This document shows, one piece after another, positions 12,366 to 25,566 of a stretch of DNA of 64,000 nt (position 1 is the first letter of the stretch; each line of letters begins with the position of its first letter). The translations under genes and the position numbers were made by a program. Under the pieces are notes generated by a model. The model made no database searches, was not told the DNA's origin, and worked only from the letters and a program-made list of their open reading frames with translations. Where the stretch lies: positions 930,001 to 994,000 of the forward strand of contig OZ287756.1 in the NCBI GenBank assembly GCA_965649765.1. The letters run 5' to 3'. Source of the DNA: Bispira polyomma. Taxonomy: Eukaryota.

Positions 12366-12887
12366 CTAAATCATAATGTTGTGATAGAAGTTTTTATGTG
12401 TTATTTCTTTCTTTTGTGTATGTTTGTGTGTGTGTTCATTTGTCTGCTGTTGGCATGTTTTATCAATGATATTTAAGTAATAATCAGTATTACTCATTTT
12501 TGTTCTTGTGTGTGTGTTTCTATTTGTGTTTGTAAACTGTTGTCTTTTGAAACTGTTATTCTTTATAACAGTGGTCTTTGTAATAATCTCAGTTCTAATG
12601 GTGGTAACATATGTGACTGGCCACATGTGTTGAAGTTTCTTATTTGTCATGTTAAAATTCTGTTGGTCGTCCTTATATGTTAAGTTATAAACTCCTGAAA
12701 AACATGCATCACTTTGATATACAATATAATACAATGGTTCCATGACACTGTGTGGCTGTCCACTGGTCATGTGGATATCAATGTTAGAAAACTTTTTACT
12801 ATCTTTAAGTTCATTGTCAATCTCAGAATTATCTGAGTTAAAAGTAGCTTCATTAACACTGCTACTTTCATTGTCATTACATTTCAT
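12366..12887 (-). pseudogene. N/T/K-rich low-complexity ORF, probably the N-terminal extension of pol
   Basis: Lies between gag and RT on the element strand; no recognisable domain. Confidence 0.45.
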
Positions 12888-13049
12888 TGTTATTATATTA
12901 TCAAATGAATTAAAATGGTTCTCATTGTTCGTCCTTAACTTTTTGTGAATTTCATTGTCATATACTGTGTTAATTTTTGAACTCTCCCTTTAACTATTAT
13001 ACACTGACGTATCGACCCTGGTGGTGCTGGCTGATGTTAGCTGGATGTC

Positions 13050-14155
13050 CTATTGAGTAGTCGTTGTTCCTGGCTTTCCATGTAGCTTATAACATTTACT
13101 TTCAAGGTGAGGATTGAACCTCTTGTTGACCTTAAAACAATTCGCACAAGCGTGTTTGAAGGTTGCTGTCGCCCCCTCATGGTCTCCTTTGTGTTGGCAT
13201 TGGCCTTTCTGGAAATGCTTACAGGGGAGTTCTAGTTTCTTTGTAGACGAAGTGACGTCAGACGTGGAGGCGCTCGATAGTAGCGCTTGAGAGTAGGATA
13301 GACGATTCATTGTCCATCTGTTATCTTCAGTCCAAGTTAGGCGACCCTCTTCAATATCATGCATATTTGAAGCGTATGCACCGCGTGCTACTTGCCAAGA
13401 AATATTACCAGCTTCTTTTAAGGTATCGGCGAGGTGCTTTAGCATAGCTCTGGAAGTTACTGGGTTTTACACTTCTAAAGCATTCTGAAGTTGTCCGGCT
13501 GCGAATTGTGCCACTGTTAATTCGTCGTAAGATACACGTTTCTTACTGACTCCAGCGAGACATCCCTCATTTGGCCACCTTAGCGATGGATCAGTGGTGC
13601 AAATTTCAGAGACGTTAAACCGGCCTGATTTACGTTTTGCAGAAAGCAGCTTACCTTGGAAAGTTTCGTCGTTCGCCCAAACTCCATACTGTGCTAACCT
13701 TTGGCTGACTATTGTTTTAAAACTTCTGTGCTGGGGATGATGCTGTCTTGTAGAGCACGTTGTGGAAAGGTGTCTCCTATTGGTTGTTGTACTGTTGTAA
13801 GTTCACTCCTGGGGTTCGGTTCGACTGCGACTGGTTGTTTGTGTACATTAGATGTGTCATTTTTAAGGCTAGAGACGTCCTCTTGCAATTTTGAAACTGT
13901 TTTTACTAGCATTTCCATCATGGATTGTTGCCTTTCATAGCCTTCTCGATAGAAATCTCTTTCACTTTGTGTATCTGCCCTCTCGAGAGAGTCTACTACG
14001 GGGGAAGTATCTTCATCAACCATACTCATAGTACTGTGTAAGACGTTTTCTCCAGTATTCAGCTTACAACTGATTCCGACGGGGCGTTCGTGTACAATAG
14101 CACACCTTGAGCACAAAGCCGTTTCGGTCATGTTTCTTTTCTTTCCACGACCCAT
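13050..14155 (-). pseudogene. gag-like ORF1 of the Ngaro element
   Basis: N-terminal CxxC-x3-H-x7-C knuckle, coiled coil, YDELTVAQFAAG segment and C-terminal CKHFQKGQC...HACANC zinc fingers; frameshift near 13710 and stop near 13468. Confidence 0.85.
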
Positions 14156-14348
14156 AACTCAAAATTAATAGTACATATAATGTAAAATATCAATCATAAA
14201 ATCTTATTCTATAACAGAAAAATTAAAAACCTTATGTAAAACACACTAAAATCACTTGAGTTTGTAAAATATTTCATAAAATCCAATATGGCTTCCTTTT
14301 CTTCAAATTTTTTACTTGTTGTCTCGTTGCTTTCAAATTTTATAATAA

Positions 14349-15278
14349 AGGCAGGGTGGGGGTCGGGAGAGGCACTAAAGCACTACTAGATGGAGGTGAT
14401 TTATGTCCTGCAATCATTAACACTTTTTTCGTCAACTGTACTAAATTGTAGAAGTATCAACTATAACATCTGAACATGTTATCAGAAAAAGTTTGTGTTT
14501 GGATATTTAAAGCTATTCAGGAAACTGAAGGGGCTTATTATTAAACAATCTGATCATGTACATTTGGGAAAGAGAGTCGAAATAATAAAAGTTTAGAGGT
14601 TTCAATCGGGTTCTCCATATTTGTACTACCTGTACAAAGCTATCTTCCCGAGGACTGGTAAATGGGTAAACAGTTCTTGTAAATATTTAGCATCTGGTTA
14701 CTTCATGTGAACAAATATGGAATAAAAATATAGTGTAAAGTAAAAAAAATAAACCAGCAAGCTTTGCAATTAAAAAAAACAGTGGAAGCTACATTCAGCA
14801 AACTTGGTGTAATATCAGGCTTTCAAATAATGACGTATATATGTATTAAAAATTGCTTATTGCCTGACATAGCTGTGTATTTCTTATGTTTAGTACAATC
14901 TGGGATCTTGTCAATAAATATACATATTGTGTTGGCAATGAAGTATTTCGAGTAAATACGATTTGTTTGCCAGTGTGCCACCGATACCCATTGAGATGGC
15001 TCCTTTCAGTGAAGGTCCTTATCTTATGTTGGCAGTCTTTTGGGGGATTTGGGTGATAAGTTATAGCTGAAGGGATTGCTGTAATAAAAACAATGGACAG
15101 AAACAAAGTAGGGCGGTATAATGGTATCTATAAGAACAGAGAAACTTAAACATATACAAAGATCTAGAGTCAGTACTGCAGTAAACTGGGTAATACAATG
15201 ATACATCAAACTAAATAGACAGTATCATGTACAATCACCCATACAATAACTTATACCATTGGTAACCTTTTAACATTG
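14349..15278 (+). repeat. Right copy of the flanking host duplication, with a ~700-bp internal deletion and the empty insertion site
   Basis: Matches 6702-7406 joined to 8103-8330, then continues into unique DNA (taacattg|ttttcg). Confidence 0.95.
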
Positions 15279-18200
15279 TTTTCGCAGAATAAAAAGATGT
15301 AAAAAGAGAAATCTAACCTCATACAATCGCCACAGTGATCTGACTTAAGGTTGACATGGTGGGCTGCTTATCTTTCAAATACCAGTATATTGGCTCTCTG
15401 GTTTACTTGCTTAATAGTAAAACGTATCATTGTTTTGCATTTGTCTTAAAGCGGAGGGACTATAATTAAAGAATGTTAAAGGACTAAACAAAGTTGATAT
15501 GTGGGGTCTTAAATATTGTTAAAAATAATTATATAAGATATCGGGATGGTTTTTTAAAACAGTTCATTGAATTGTACAGTCTTATCTGCATTGTTATACA
15601 ATTATACATGTCATTTTTTTAACATTGCAAATACTGACTGAAAGAAACCTTTTTCCAAAACATTTACCGATTTCCAGATACATTTGAAATATTTGGGTTT
15701 AGTCATCCAATAATCTCTCAAAATGGGTAACAGAAAATATTTACTTCATATAGTAAGGAATTCACTATCTGTGGTAAGGTATCAGAGTGCAAAGCAAGTC
15801 TGGATCCACCCTATACAGGTCGCTTTCAAAATTTAAAAAGGATTCATCCATTGCCTATACTGCATCATACACCCAGATCTCATGCAAATCAGTTCAGCAC
15901 TGTTTGTGTGACTCCTTGTATCAACAAAATAAAATAGGCTAATGAAACTAATAAAGTTCAACCACTTCCTGGAGGTTACAGATACGCTGAAATAAACACC
16001 CACTCATAGACTGTGTCAATCATCAATACATTGATACATATAACCACAGTTACCTAACATATGGAACCATTTACAACATCACCACAAATACTGAAATACA
16101 TTTTGAAATGTCAATTATGACATTCAGATCAGATATTCTATTCAAAGAAATGGACTGACACATGATATTTTAGTTAATTATTAAATTTAGGAGATTATAA
16201 ATATATCATATTAGTATAACACGCAGTAATTTTTGTTTTTACTGTCTTTTGGGCATAAGGTCACCTTATAGCAATATGTACAAAATGTTCTCATGCCGTG
16301 TACTTTACTCACATTAAAATTATTTAAACTTAACTATTCCGAATTTATTAAAGGTCACCTCTGGTTTCACTTTAGGCTGTGTTAAACTCTTGGTGACCTT
16401 ACAACTGACTTAAGGTGGCCTTACACCTCTAGTTATGGTGGCTTAGCCCTCACCTTTAGGTGTCCTTCGCCATCATGCTAATGTGACCTTATGGCCATAT
16501 TAAACTTAACTGCATATATACATAGAGCTTAATGTTAATGTTACAGCTTAGCTTAGTAACTAATAAAAGTTCAACCACATTTCTTTTACTATCACTGGTG
16601 TTTTATAAATCATCTATGTCACTGAACCCCAAGGTACTGAGATCAGATATATTATTCAAAGAAACAGGTACATAATCATACCCAGGGGGGAAAAGTGGAA
16701 CAGGTATAATCCCCCATGAAATAGAACACTTATTCACAATAACAGTCTACCTGTGTAATTATAGAAACATTGCTCCAATTACTGGACCAATGATACTGGT
16801 GTAGCTTCAAGTGGCCATTTGTCTGTGATGTGTCTCTTTCCCCCACTCAGGTGAAACATCCCCTGTGTAACTACTAGAGATAGATGTCATTGTAGTAGAC
16901 TAATCATGACTAATGTAATCACTTAATTGGATCCTTACACAAGCTAGTGAGGGTATTTTATCAAAGCTTCTCATATTTCAATCTCACAATGATCTCAAAC
17001 TATGTTCTGTTGTATATTTGTGTACAAAAAAGCTCTATAAAATCTATATGTTTGAGGTTATTTTAAAATGGATGTCTGAACTATTCTTATAAATAAAGTT
17101 TAGGTTAGGGTTGGGTTAAAGTTCTCTGAAATAGGACGATATGTTTGAGGTTATATTGAGATCAATAGTAACATGTCTGAACTATTTTCATTAATAAAAT
17201 AATCTTCTCATGTGTGTGCTGTTTGAATTTAAGTATGAGCATAAGTTTAAAAACTTTGATGTATTCAATACCTTATTTAAGAACACCATTGTATATGGGG
17301 TATTACACATCTATCATTCACACAGCAGGCATGGGTTACATGAAACCTTCTTCCCTTATATTTTCCTCATATTTTCGTTTGTTTACATACAAGATGTTGT
17401 CGTTCTAGTCTAATCAATCGTTCTTACTACATGTAAAAATGGACTATTTGACTATTCCTAACAACTATCAAATTATGTGACCGTTAGGGTAGCTTAGCTT
17501 TTTAGAACAAATACATTTCGGGAATGAAAGGAAATGAACAATCTTGTTGGTAAATAACTTCTATATTTACAAAATATCACGTAAGTATCCTTTTGCATTG
17601 TTTCAGACTTTCGTATATAACAGGTCCTCCACAAAGTGATAACCAACCATTCCATGAAATGCAGGTTCAAATTGTGAATAAAATGACGCTTAGTATAATA
17701 GCACATTACTCTGCAAGCATTCCACAATTCCCCTCCAAAATATCCTGCTGGATGCGACCTTCCACCTAGATCAGCTCCTATATTTTAATGGGTTATATTT
17801 TGGAGTCTCTCCACCAAATTTTATATCAAACACTTTAATTCAGGTGTAACATAATATCTACTATCGCCTTTGCAAAGGATGAAACATGACTTTGGGAATT
17901 GCATATTGGACCTATAAAAGTCTAGTTTTCAACCACTTTGTTCATGATACAATATTGATGATGAGTTTGTGTGAGTGTGGTGTTGAGTGGTTCGTTGTGT
18001 TGACAGCTGGTGGTGATGAGCTAACTCAATTAACTAGAGGCAATGACTCCCACTAATGGGGCACAAAGGGGGTTTGTGGGTGAAGGTCACACTTACAGGT
18101 TGCTTACATATATTAATTAATGTGTCTGATTTATTGTACCACCAATGTAGAACTCAAGTAGAATCAGTAAATATCACGGAACAGTCTATAGACTGGTTTA

Positions 18201-18719
18201 GATGATGGTAAATTGGTTTGAAAGGGAAATACAATGCTTGTTTAAATGACTGACTAAATCAAGGTATTGTGATCTCCAGACATTGGAGGAAACTATTTTT
18301 ACATTAGCTGTGCTAGACATTAGATACCATCTGGCTAAGTGTGTGAATGAGCGGGTGTGACAAAATCCATACTTCTTTTAAGAAACTCCAACGCTCTCTA
18401 CAAGCTACTCTCACATATTCCTATCAGCAAAGTCTCCTGACTTGACACAACAATCTGGCTGCTTATTGGCATTGATTTTAAGCAAACACAAGCTGGTGAT
18501 CAAATAAAGCTTGTTTTACAGATTCAGAGTTTCTGCTAGGATCCCTGTGAAATATCCAGACTGAACCAAATGAAACAATGCTTGATTATAACTGATGGCC
18601 AGATGTAAAAGCTAAGCATTCAATTTCAGTAGCTGTGCCTTTTTCTACAGTACGTTAAGGTGGAGGCGTCTGGTATCAAATTTCTACAGTGGCTATATTT
18701 ATACGGTAACTCTTACATA

Positions 18720-18906
18720 NNNNNNNNNNNNNNNNNNNNNNNNNNNNNNNNNNNNNNNNNNNNNNNNNNNNNNNNNNNNNNNNNNNNNNNNNNNNNNNNN
18801 NNNNNNNNNNNNNNNNNNNNNNNNNNNNNNNNNNNNNNNNNNNNNNNNNNNNNNNNNNNNNNNNNNNNNNNNNNNNNNNNNNNNNNNNNNNNNNNNNNNN
18901 NNNNNN
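18720..18906. other. Assembly gap
   Basis: Run of N. Confidence 1.
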
Positions 18907-19162
18907 ACAAGGAATGATAGTAATGTAAATATTTATATATACCTCTTTGGTGTATTAGATCTTGTTCATTAGATAAGTCATATTATTTTAGATTGGACAT
19001 AAATACATTCAGCCCCATGTGTCTTAGTGTACAGATATGTCCCATTCCCAAAATGTGTACGTATATATTAAGGTGCAGTTGGTATCAACATTCTAGAAAT
19101 CTTTTCTGACAACCTAACCACCCTCTTCTTGTGGTTAAAGATGATGTAAGCATGTTCTGCAG

Positions 19163-19716
19163 TTTTGTTTTATATTTCAGATTGTATTGTTGCTATGTGG
19201 TCACTTTTATATCAAGTATGATTGTATTATGTTTTATATTGCAGATTTCATTGTTACTATGTGGTGTTGGTAACCTTTATAATAAGTATGATTGTATTTT
19301 GTTTTATATTGCAGATTTCATTGTTATTATGTGATGTTAGTAACCTTTATAATAAGTATGGATGTATTTGTTTTATATTGCAGATTTCATTGTTACTATG
19401 TGGTGTTAGCGACCTTTATATCAAGTATGATGTATTTTGTTTTGTATTGCAGATTTCATTGTTACTATGTGGTGTTAGTGACCTTTTAATCAAGTATGAT
19501 TATATTTTGTTTTGTATTGCAGATTTCATTGTTACTATGTGGTGTTGGTGACCTTTAGAATAAGTATGATTGTATTTTGTTTTATATTGCAGATTTCATT
19601 GTTACTATGTGGTGTTGGTAACCTTTATAACAAGTATGATTGTATTCTGTTTTATATTGCAGATTTCATTGTTACTATGTGGTGAACTTTAGAATAAGTA
19701 TGATTGTATTTTGTTT
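19163..19716 (+). repeat. 70-bp minisatellite, ~8 copies, each with a splice-acceptor-like tract
   Basis: Unit ttgtattttgttttatattgcag ATTTCATTGTTACTATGTGGTGTTG gtaacctttataataagtatga. Confidence 0.95.
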
Positions 19717-19824
19717 CAACATATTTATCTTGTACCTAAGTTATGCTTATATTCTATCAACATTGTAACCTAGAAGGTCACATTTACAGAATGTACACAT
19801 AAAGTATGTTTCTTGTATTTCTAG

Positions 19825-22800
19825 GAACGTTAGATGCGACAGAGGAGACTATATATGTTTCTTTAATGGGCTCAGATCAGGAGCATTGTGGCTCTATACA
19901 GAGCCCCTGTCGGTCTATTCTCTATGCTGTAAGTTCCTCTTCCTCAGACAGTTTACATATAGCTCTAATCTACCAACAGGACCAGACTTACTACATTCCC
20001 TGTACCAGTCTAAATCTCACTCTACACCGACACTTAAAGATCTCTGGGAACCAGGCTAAGATTGGCTGTCACTTCCCGCAGACAAGTATGCAAAATCCCA
20101 GGAAAGACAGCAGCATGATAACAATAAGGGGTTCTAAGGATATAAGGGGTCATATCACCCTAGAGAAGCTGGTGTTTGTCAAAGCTGACATCAGACTTAT
20201 TGACTGGCACGTTTCCATTACAAACTGTGAGTTTGAGAGCACACGACTGAGGTTGATCAATGAAGAGGGAGGGTTCGCAAACAGCAGAGAGCTTGCAATT
20301 AGAAACACCCACTGGTCGGGCTATACCTACTGTCAGGGAGATAACTGTGTGCCTTCCGGGGAGATCTCAATTAGGGGCCACTACAAAGACGTCAACATCA
20401 CAGGCAATGTCTTCTCTCACACTAACCTCACAGCTGAATTGCTGTCTAACTGCAAGGTGAGACTCACGGATAATCGTTTAACTAATGACCAATTACACCG
20501 ACCTGTGGAAAGCAGCATTTTTGTCAAGCTGGACATTAGCGCCAACGATAGCAAAATCTTTGTGACTAATTCGGTGTTTGAACACCAGTATCACTGGAAT
20601 CCCGTGGAGAGTGTGATGAACATCTATGAGGCCGCCCTCTTACTGAGATACAGCAGCCCTCCTCACATCATGGTCCCCAATAACATATCTGTCCTGATAG
20701 ACAACTCCACCTTCTACAACAATGAACGAGGGCTGACTTTTCAAGGGCAAATTGAACACATCACAATAAGAAGTTGCATCTTTCATTTCAATATGGCTAT
20801 GCATGCCGGAGCTGGGATTCTCTTACTTACCATGAAGCACGCTCTGATCCAGAACTCCACCTTTAAACACAATGCTGCAGGCCAGTTTAGGAAGGACAAT
20901 GTCAGATCTCCAGGGGATTACTTCAAAGTAGACAATGATGAGGCCTACGTGTACTCTGGCTGTTGTAAGGGGTCGATTTCACTGATAGGCAAAGGGGGAG
21001 CTATCAGGATTCAGAAGGGAGATGTCACATTAGTCGGCTGTGATTTCATTAACAACACGGCCACTATCCTGGGAGGGAGTATCTTTGTAGACAGAGATTG
21101 TAAGCTGATTATTAATGAGACTCAATTTATCAACACAGACTCTATCAGTGCTGCGGCCCAGCAGGGGGACATGTTATACTCTAACGGAGAGGTGAGGATC
21201 AACGGGGCCAAACTTTATGTCCAGTCAGCAGCCAATCACATCTCATTACTACAACACAGCGGCGAGCACTGGTCGGTAGGAGTTTATGACATCACCATTG
21301 ATTGTCCTATTGGCTATAGACTAAGGATAATGAATACTTCAGCCTACCAGGTGGTAGCACACAAGGGACTCAAGAGGTCCTACATGTTAGACCAGCTGGC
21401 CTACTTCTGTGAGTCTTGTCCCAGGTACAAGTACAGCTTAGAGAGAGGCTACTTCAAGTACCAGATGGACTCTGATGACAAGGGCTACTTTACCCTGATG
21501 ATTAATGGCGATAACCCCAACTCTGAATTCCAAGGGACGTATGTGTACAAAGATATAATATGCAAGAAATGCCCTTATGGTGGCAACTGTGACAATGACC
21601 AGCTCAAGTCTCTGCCAAACTTCTGGGGTTACGAGTATCAGACAGAGGTCAAATTCCAGCTCTGTCCTAAAGGTTACTGCTGTAGTTCAAAGTTCTGCCC
21701 TTCCTTTAATAACTGCGCTAAGTACAGGACAGGCCGTCTCTGTGCTGAATGTCAACACGGCTACTCCGAAGCTCTGTTCTCCTCAAAGTGTATCCCTAAC
21801 AGCCTCTGTGGGCCCGTCTGGATCTGGGTCTTCTCTTTTGGAATGGGCTTTCTCTATGCCATGTTGTTGTTCTTTCAAAAGGACATCAGAGACTTTATCT
21901 TTGCTATGCCTGAGCTGAGTTGCAAAGGGGAGGTTGATGAGACAGAGAAAGCAGATAAAGAGCTGGACGAAGAGCAACACTGTCTGCCAACAGACTCTCA
22001 TCAATTCAGCACCAACAATAGAAAGTTTGGCTTTACTGAGGCGTGTGATCAAAGTGACACACTGACAAAAGACGACAACTGGCAGAGGAATGGCCTGTCA
22101 GGAAAACAAGGGATTGAAGTCCTGGATACCTACGGTCGTATATTAGTGTCTGGAGAGAATGAGGGGGAGGAGGTGCAATGCTGTCAAGGGGATACAGAAG
22201 ATGGGGAGGAACAACCAACCTCTCAAGCCGCCACCGATTTTGGGGCCATTATGTTGATCACGATTCTGTACTACTTCCAAGATGCTCAACTTTTACATGT
22301 TAAGACAGCCTTTGCTGTGGAAGAAAACCCCAACTGGTCTCTTATTAAGGCCATTCTGCTCGGCCTGTTTAAGTTTAGGATAGAAATTGCCCATTTTGTG
22401 GACTCGGTGTGCTTAGTGGAGGGTATGAGTGCCAGCGTGAAGCTACTCTCCAGGACTTTGCTGGTGCCCTATGTACTGTTGTTATTTGGTCTTCTATATT
22501 TTGCACACATGGTGTGTAGCAAGCTATGTCTTGGTAACTCATTGAAGTCTAAGGAAGAAGTCAGTGAGCCAGAGACCTTCTTGTCTCGATTGGCCATGGG
22601 CTTTATGTTGGCCCTGTTGTTTACCTACCAAATGCTGGCCACCACGGCCTTTAAACTGTTGAACTGTGTTCCTGTCGGAGAGGACAGTGTGCTCTTCATT
22701 GATGCCACGGTGACCTGCTATGAACCCTGGCAGTATGGAGTCCTTGCCTACGCCATGAGTTGTATTGTACTCTTCTCGTGTGTTCTGATGCTGGGGCCGG

Positions 22801-23435
22801 GGCTTTTACAGGAAGGTCGCATATCACTGCCCACGTTCTTTACGGCCTGCATCTTCCCCTTTCCTTTTGTGATCTCCTGGATCCTAATTAGACTATGCAA
22901 GAGAAGTGATCTGTGTCTGCCCAAGAAGGACTCCTACCCCACAGGTCCTGGCCAGGTGGTCATTAAGGTGTTGCAGGGGCCTTTTAAGGAAATCAGTAGC
23001 CCATTGACGGGGCCCATTTGCTGGGCCGGGGTGTTGATCTTCAGGAGACTCCTGCTGGTGTTGCTTTACACTTTTATCAATGTCTCACTCCTCAGACTTC
23101 TGGCTATGCTCCTCACTTGTTTTGTCATCCTGCTCAACCAGGTGCATGTCAAACCGTACAGAGACTCTCGGGCGAACCAGGCAGGTAGTGCCTCTGTGGC
23201 CGCTCTGATGTTCGTCGGAGGCATCAACCTAGTAAGGGCGGGCTTTGAGGCTGCAGAGTACACGCCTCATGGACCCTACCAAATGTTGATCATCATTATG
23301 CAAGAGACAGAGAATGTACTGATGTTGTGGATACCTCTGGTCTTTATGGTGGTCATGGGAACCATCCTGGCCATTAAAATCGGTTGTCGTATTGCGATCT
23401 CTCTCAGAAAGTGTTGTTCTGGACAAAGCACATAA
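19825..23435 (+). CDS. Large coding exon of an uncharacterised membrane protein: pectin-lyase-like right-handed beta-helix ectodomain, Cys-rich region, ~8 TM helices
   Basis: 1209-codon ORF in GC-richer DNA. N-terminal YVS..GSD...CG....PC motif, FxxN and GG(A/S)I repeats, CxxCPxGxxC and CPxGYCC...RTGRLCxxC modules, hydrophobic helices in the C-terminal ~530 aa. Phase-1 acceptor ttgtatttctag at 19824, so the signal-peptide exon is probably upstream. Confidence 0.9.
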
Positions 23436-25566
23436 CTTATCCTTTCTACCCATTGCAATATGTAAATTAAATTCCTTAGATTCGGATGTGGAGAATGGAT
23501 TATATTTTAGTTTTTTGTTTTTTTTTATGTGGAGAATGGATTATATTTCTTCTTTTTTTTATTACAAGTTTTGTTAGCAGAAACACACAACACCATCTTT
23601 ACGAATAATTTGCATGCCAGTCTTTCTAATTAGTTTTTGCAAAAATAGAAAGCTTTTGTAATTATCTTGTCTATTGTTGTTATTTCTGTCGATATACAAT
23701 GTCATTATTAATTTATTTATTTTTTAAACATTCAAGACATCGCTCGGTAATTTTTATAAAGATATATTCCACCTATTAACAACTTTTTGCAGGCACCCTG
23801 TGCAAAGGGAAAAGGTTTACAAAACATGAAAAATAACAATTGAAACCAAACCTTATTATTTCATACCAGTAAGCGAAAATAAATCATTTTTGCACAGACA
23901 AAAACAGATAAATTGTGTTTATATCATATATTAATTTGGCCTGTGTGCATATCTAAATTTGTCCATCTCAATGTTAAGGTTGTTCGCTGCTATTTTTTTT
24001 ACCAAAAAAACAAATTTCAATATTTTTTATCAAAATTGCAGAAAATGTGCCTTGTTAAATTGTCTATTGGGAATGATGCTTCACTTTGCCCTTGTATAAG
24101 CCACTCTACTATAAATATAATGTTAATCTTCAGAAAAATGTGAGATGTTTCCCTTTAATTTAAATAAAAACATTTTGGGCCCTAAAAATTTTAAACAAAC
24201 TGAGATTTAAAAAAAAAACACACCATGGTGACCCCTGTTTTTTTCTTATATTTAGTTACAGTTTGTAATTTACCACAACTAAGGAGAAAAAAATTAAATT
24301 CTACACATTTTCTACCAATCTAAACAAATATTTGCCATTAATTTTGGCGTTTAAACTTTGATTTGCATTCTGTGTTATATTTTTCTCTAACTTCTAAGTA
24401 CACCATATAATTTGTTTAAAATGTTCTATGTTGTAAATATTTGGTTACAAATATAAAATACATGCAAGGTAAAATATATGATTTAGTATTCTATCATTAT
24501 TCCCTGTTTACCCGAGCAGGACTGATTTGGGTGTCACATAATGATCAATTAATAAATGGTCAATACTTTCAGGTGTTTTGTCACAAGAGTAACTTTTGTC
24601 TGAATCCTATATTTTGCAAATTTGTTTATATGTAACACTCTGTGCAGTATTTATACTGAAAGGTCTGTAATTTACTTTCAATAAAACACTTAAAGCTTAA
24701 TTACTAAAAAGAATTTACCTCATTTTCATCATCAATTTTATTCATCTAAAGATACAGACCATTTTTGCATACACTGTCTGATAACAGGCATTTTTTCAAA
24801 GTTTAAAAATAAAACCTATGGCATACTCTGCATATTATATTACTCAGTGTACATTTCTTGTTTATATTTTTGTTTGATGTAGTTTATTCTTTAGTGCTAA
24901 TTTCCACTCTTTGTGGATACAATGCTTTATACTATAGTAATCCACAAAGTTGATCCTCCTTTTCATTAAATTTATACTAGTTGTTTAAACCCACAGATTT
25001 CACCTGTATGTATTGATTCTTTCAATCGTTAAGACATTCTTTAAATGAACTTTTTAACCTTTGTAAAATTGTATTCTTAATAAAGTCTGCCTGGCACAAT
25101 GGATAACGGTTTTTTTTGGTCTTTATTTCTTATGCCTGCTTAATGAAAATTTATTTGAAACTTAATCCTCAACAACATGTGACCACAATATATAACTCAT
25201 GTGCAAACTGTGTTTTTGTTGGCTCATTTGTTGTGTTAATTGTCGGGTTTTACATTTGAGTTTTTGGAATGAATGACAAAAAAAAAAGACTTTACATGGA
25301 AACAAATCCGAAAACTGTCATTTATTAGAAAAAGTGCACCACGTGATATGTGCCAAGTATGAGTTTCATTATTTAGCTAATTTGAAATGAAAGTGTTTGG
25401 AAATGCATTTGAAAAATGCAAGCCCAGTTAAGGCTCTCACTCTACTTTGCAATAATAACTGATTTTACAACTTTATGTGAAAGTATTTCAAGTCTAAAGG
25501 TTTTTTATCAAAATTCTGCGATTATATAATAGTGTTCAATCACCAGCTGATATTCATTGAATTCAT

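Larger units (their letters stand above)
8331..14346 (-). mobile_element. Ngaro-type (DIRS order) tyrosine-recombinase retrotransposon with split direct repeats; decayed and 5'-truncated
   Basis: gag-RT-RNaseH-YR order with no methyltransferase after RNase H. B repeats of 188 bp at 9338-9525 and 8331-8518; A repeats share 37 bp at 14310-14346 and 9134-9170. Frameshifts or stops in all ORFs. Confidence 0.93.

Noticed and set aside
17099-17118. Telomere-like ttaggttagggttgggtta (also ~1152-1167)
   Set aside because: Only 2-3 imperfect units; commonplace in invertebrate repeats.
18660-18917. ORFs spanning the N run
   Set aside because: Gap artefacts.
19806-19824. ATG 19806 as the true start of the 1209-aa ORF
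   Set aside because: The first codons read as a polypyrimidine tract plus AG, and the hydrophobic stretch is too short for a signal peptide; probably intronic.
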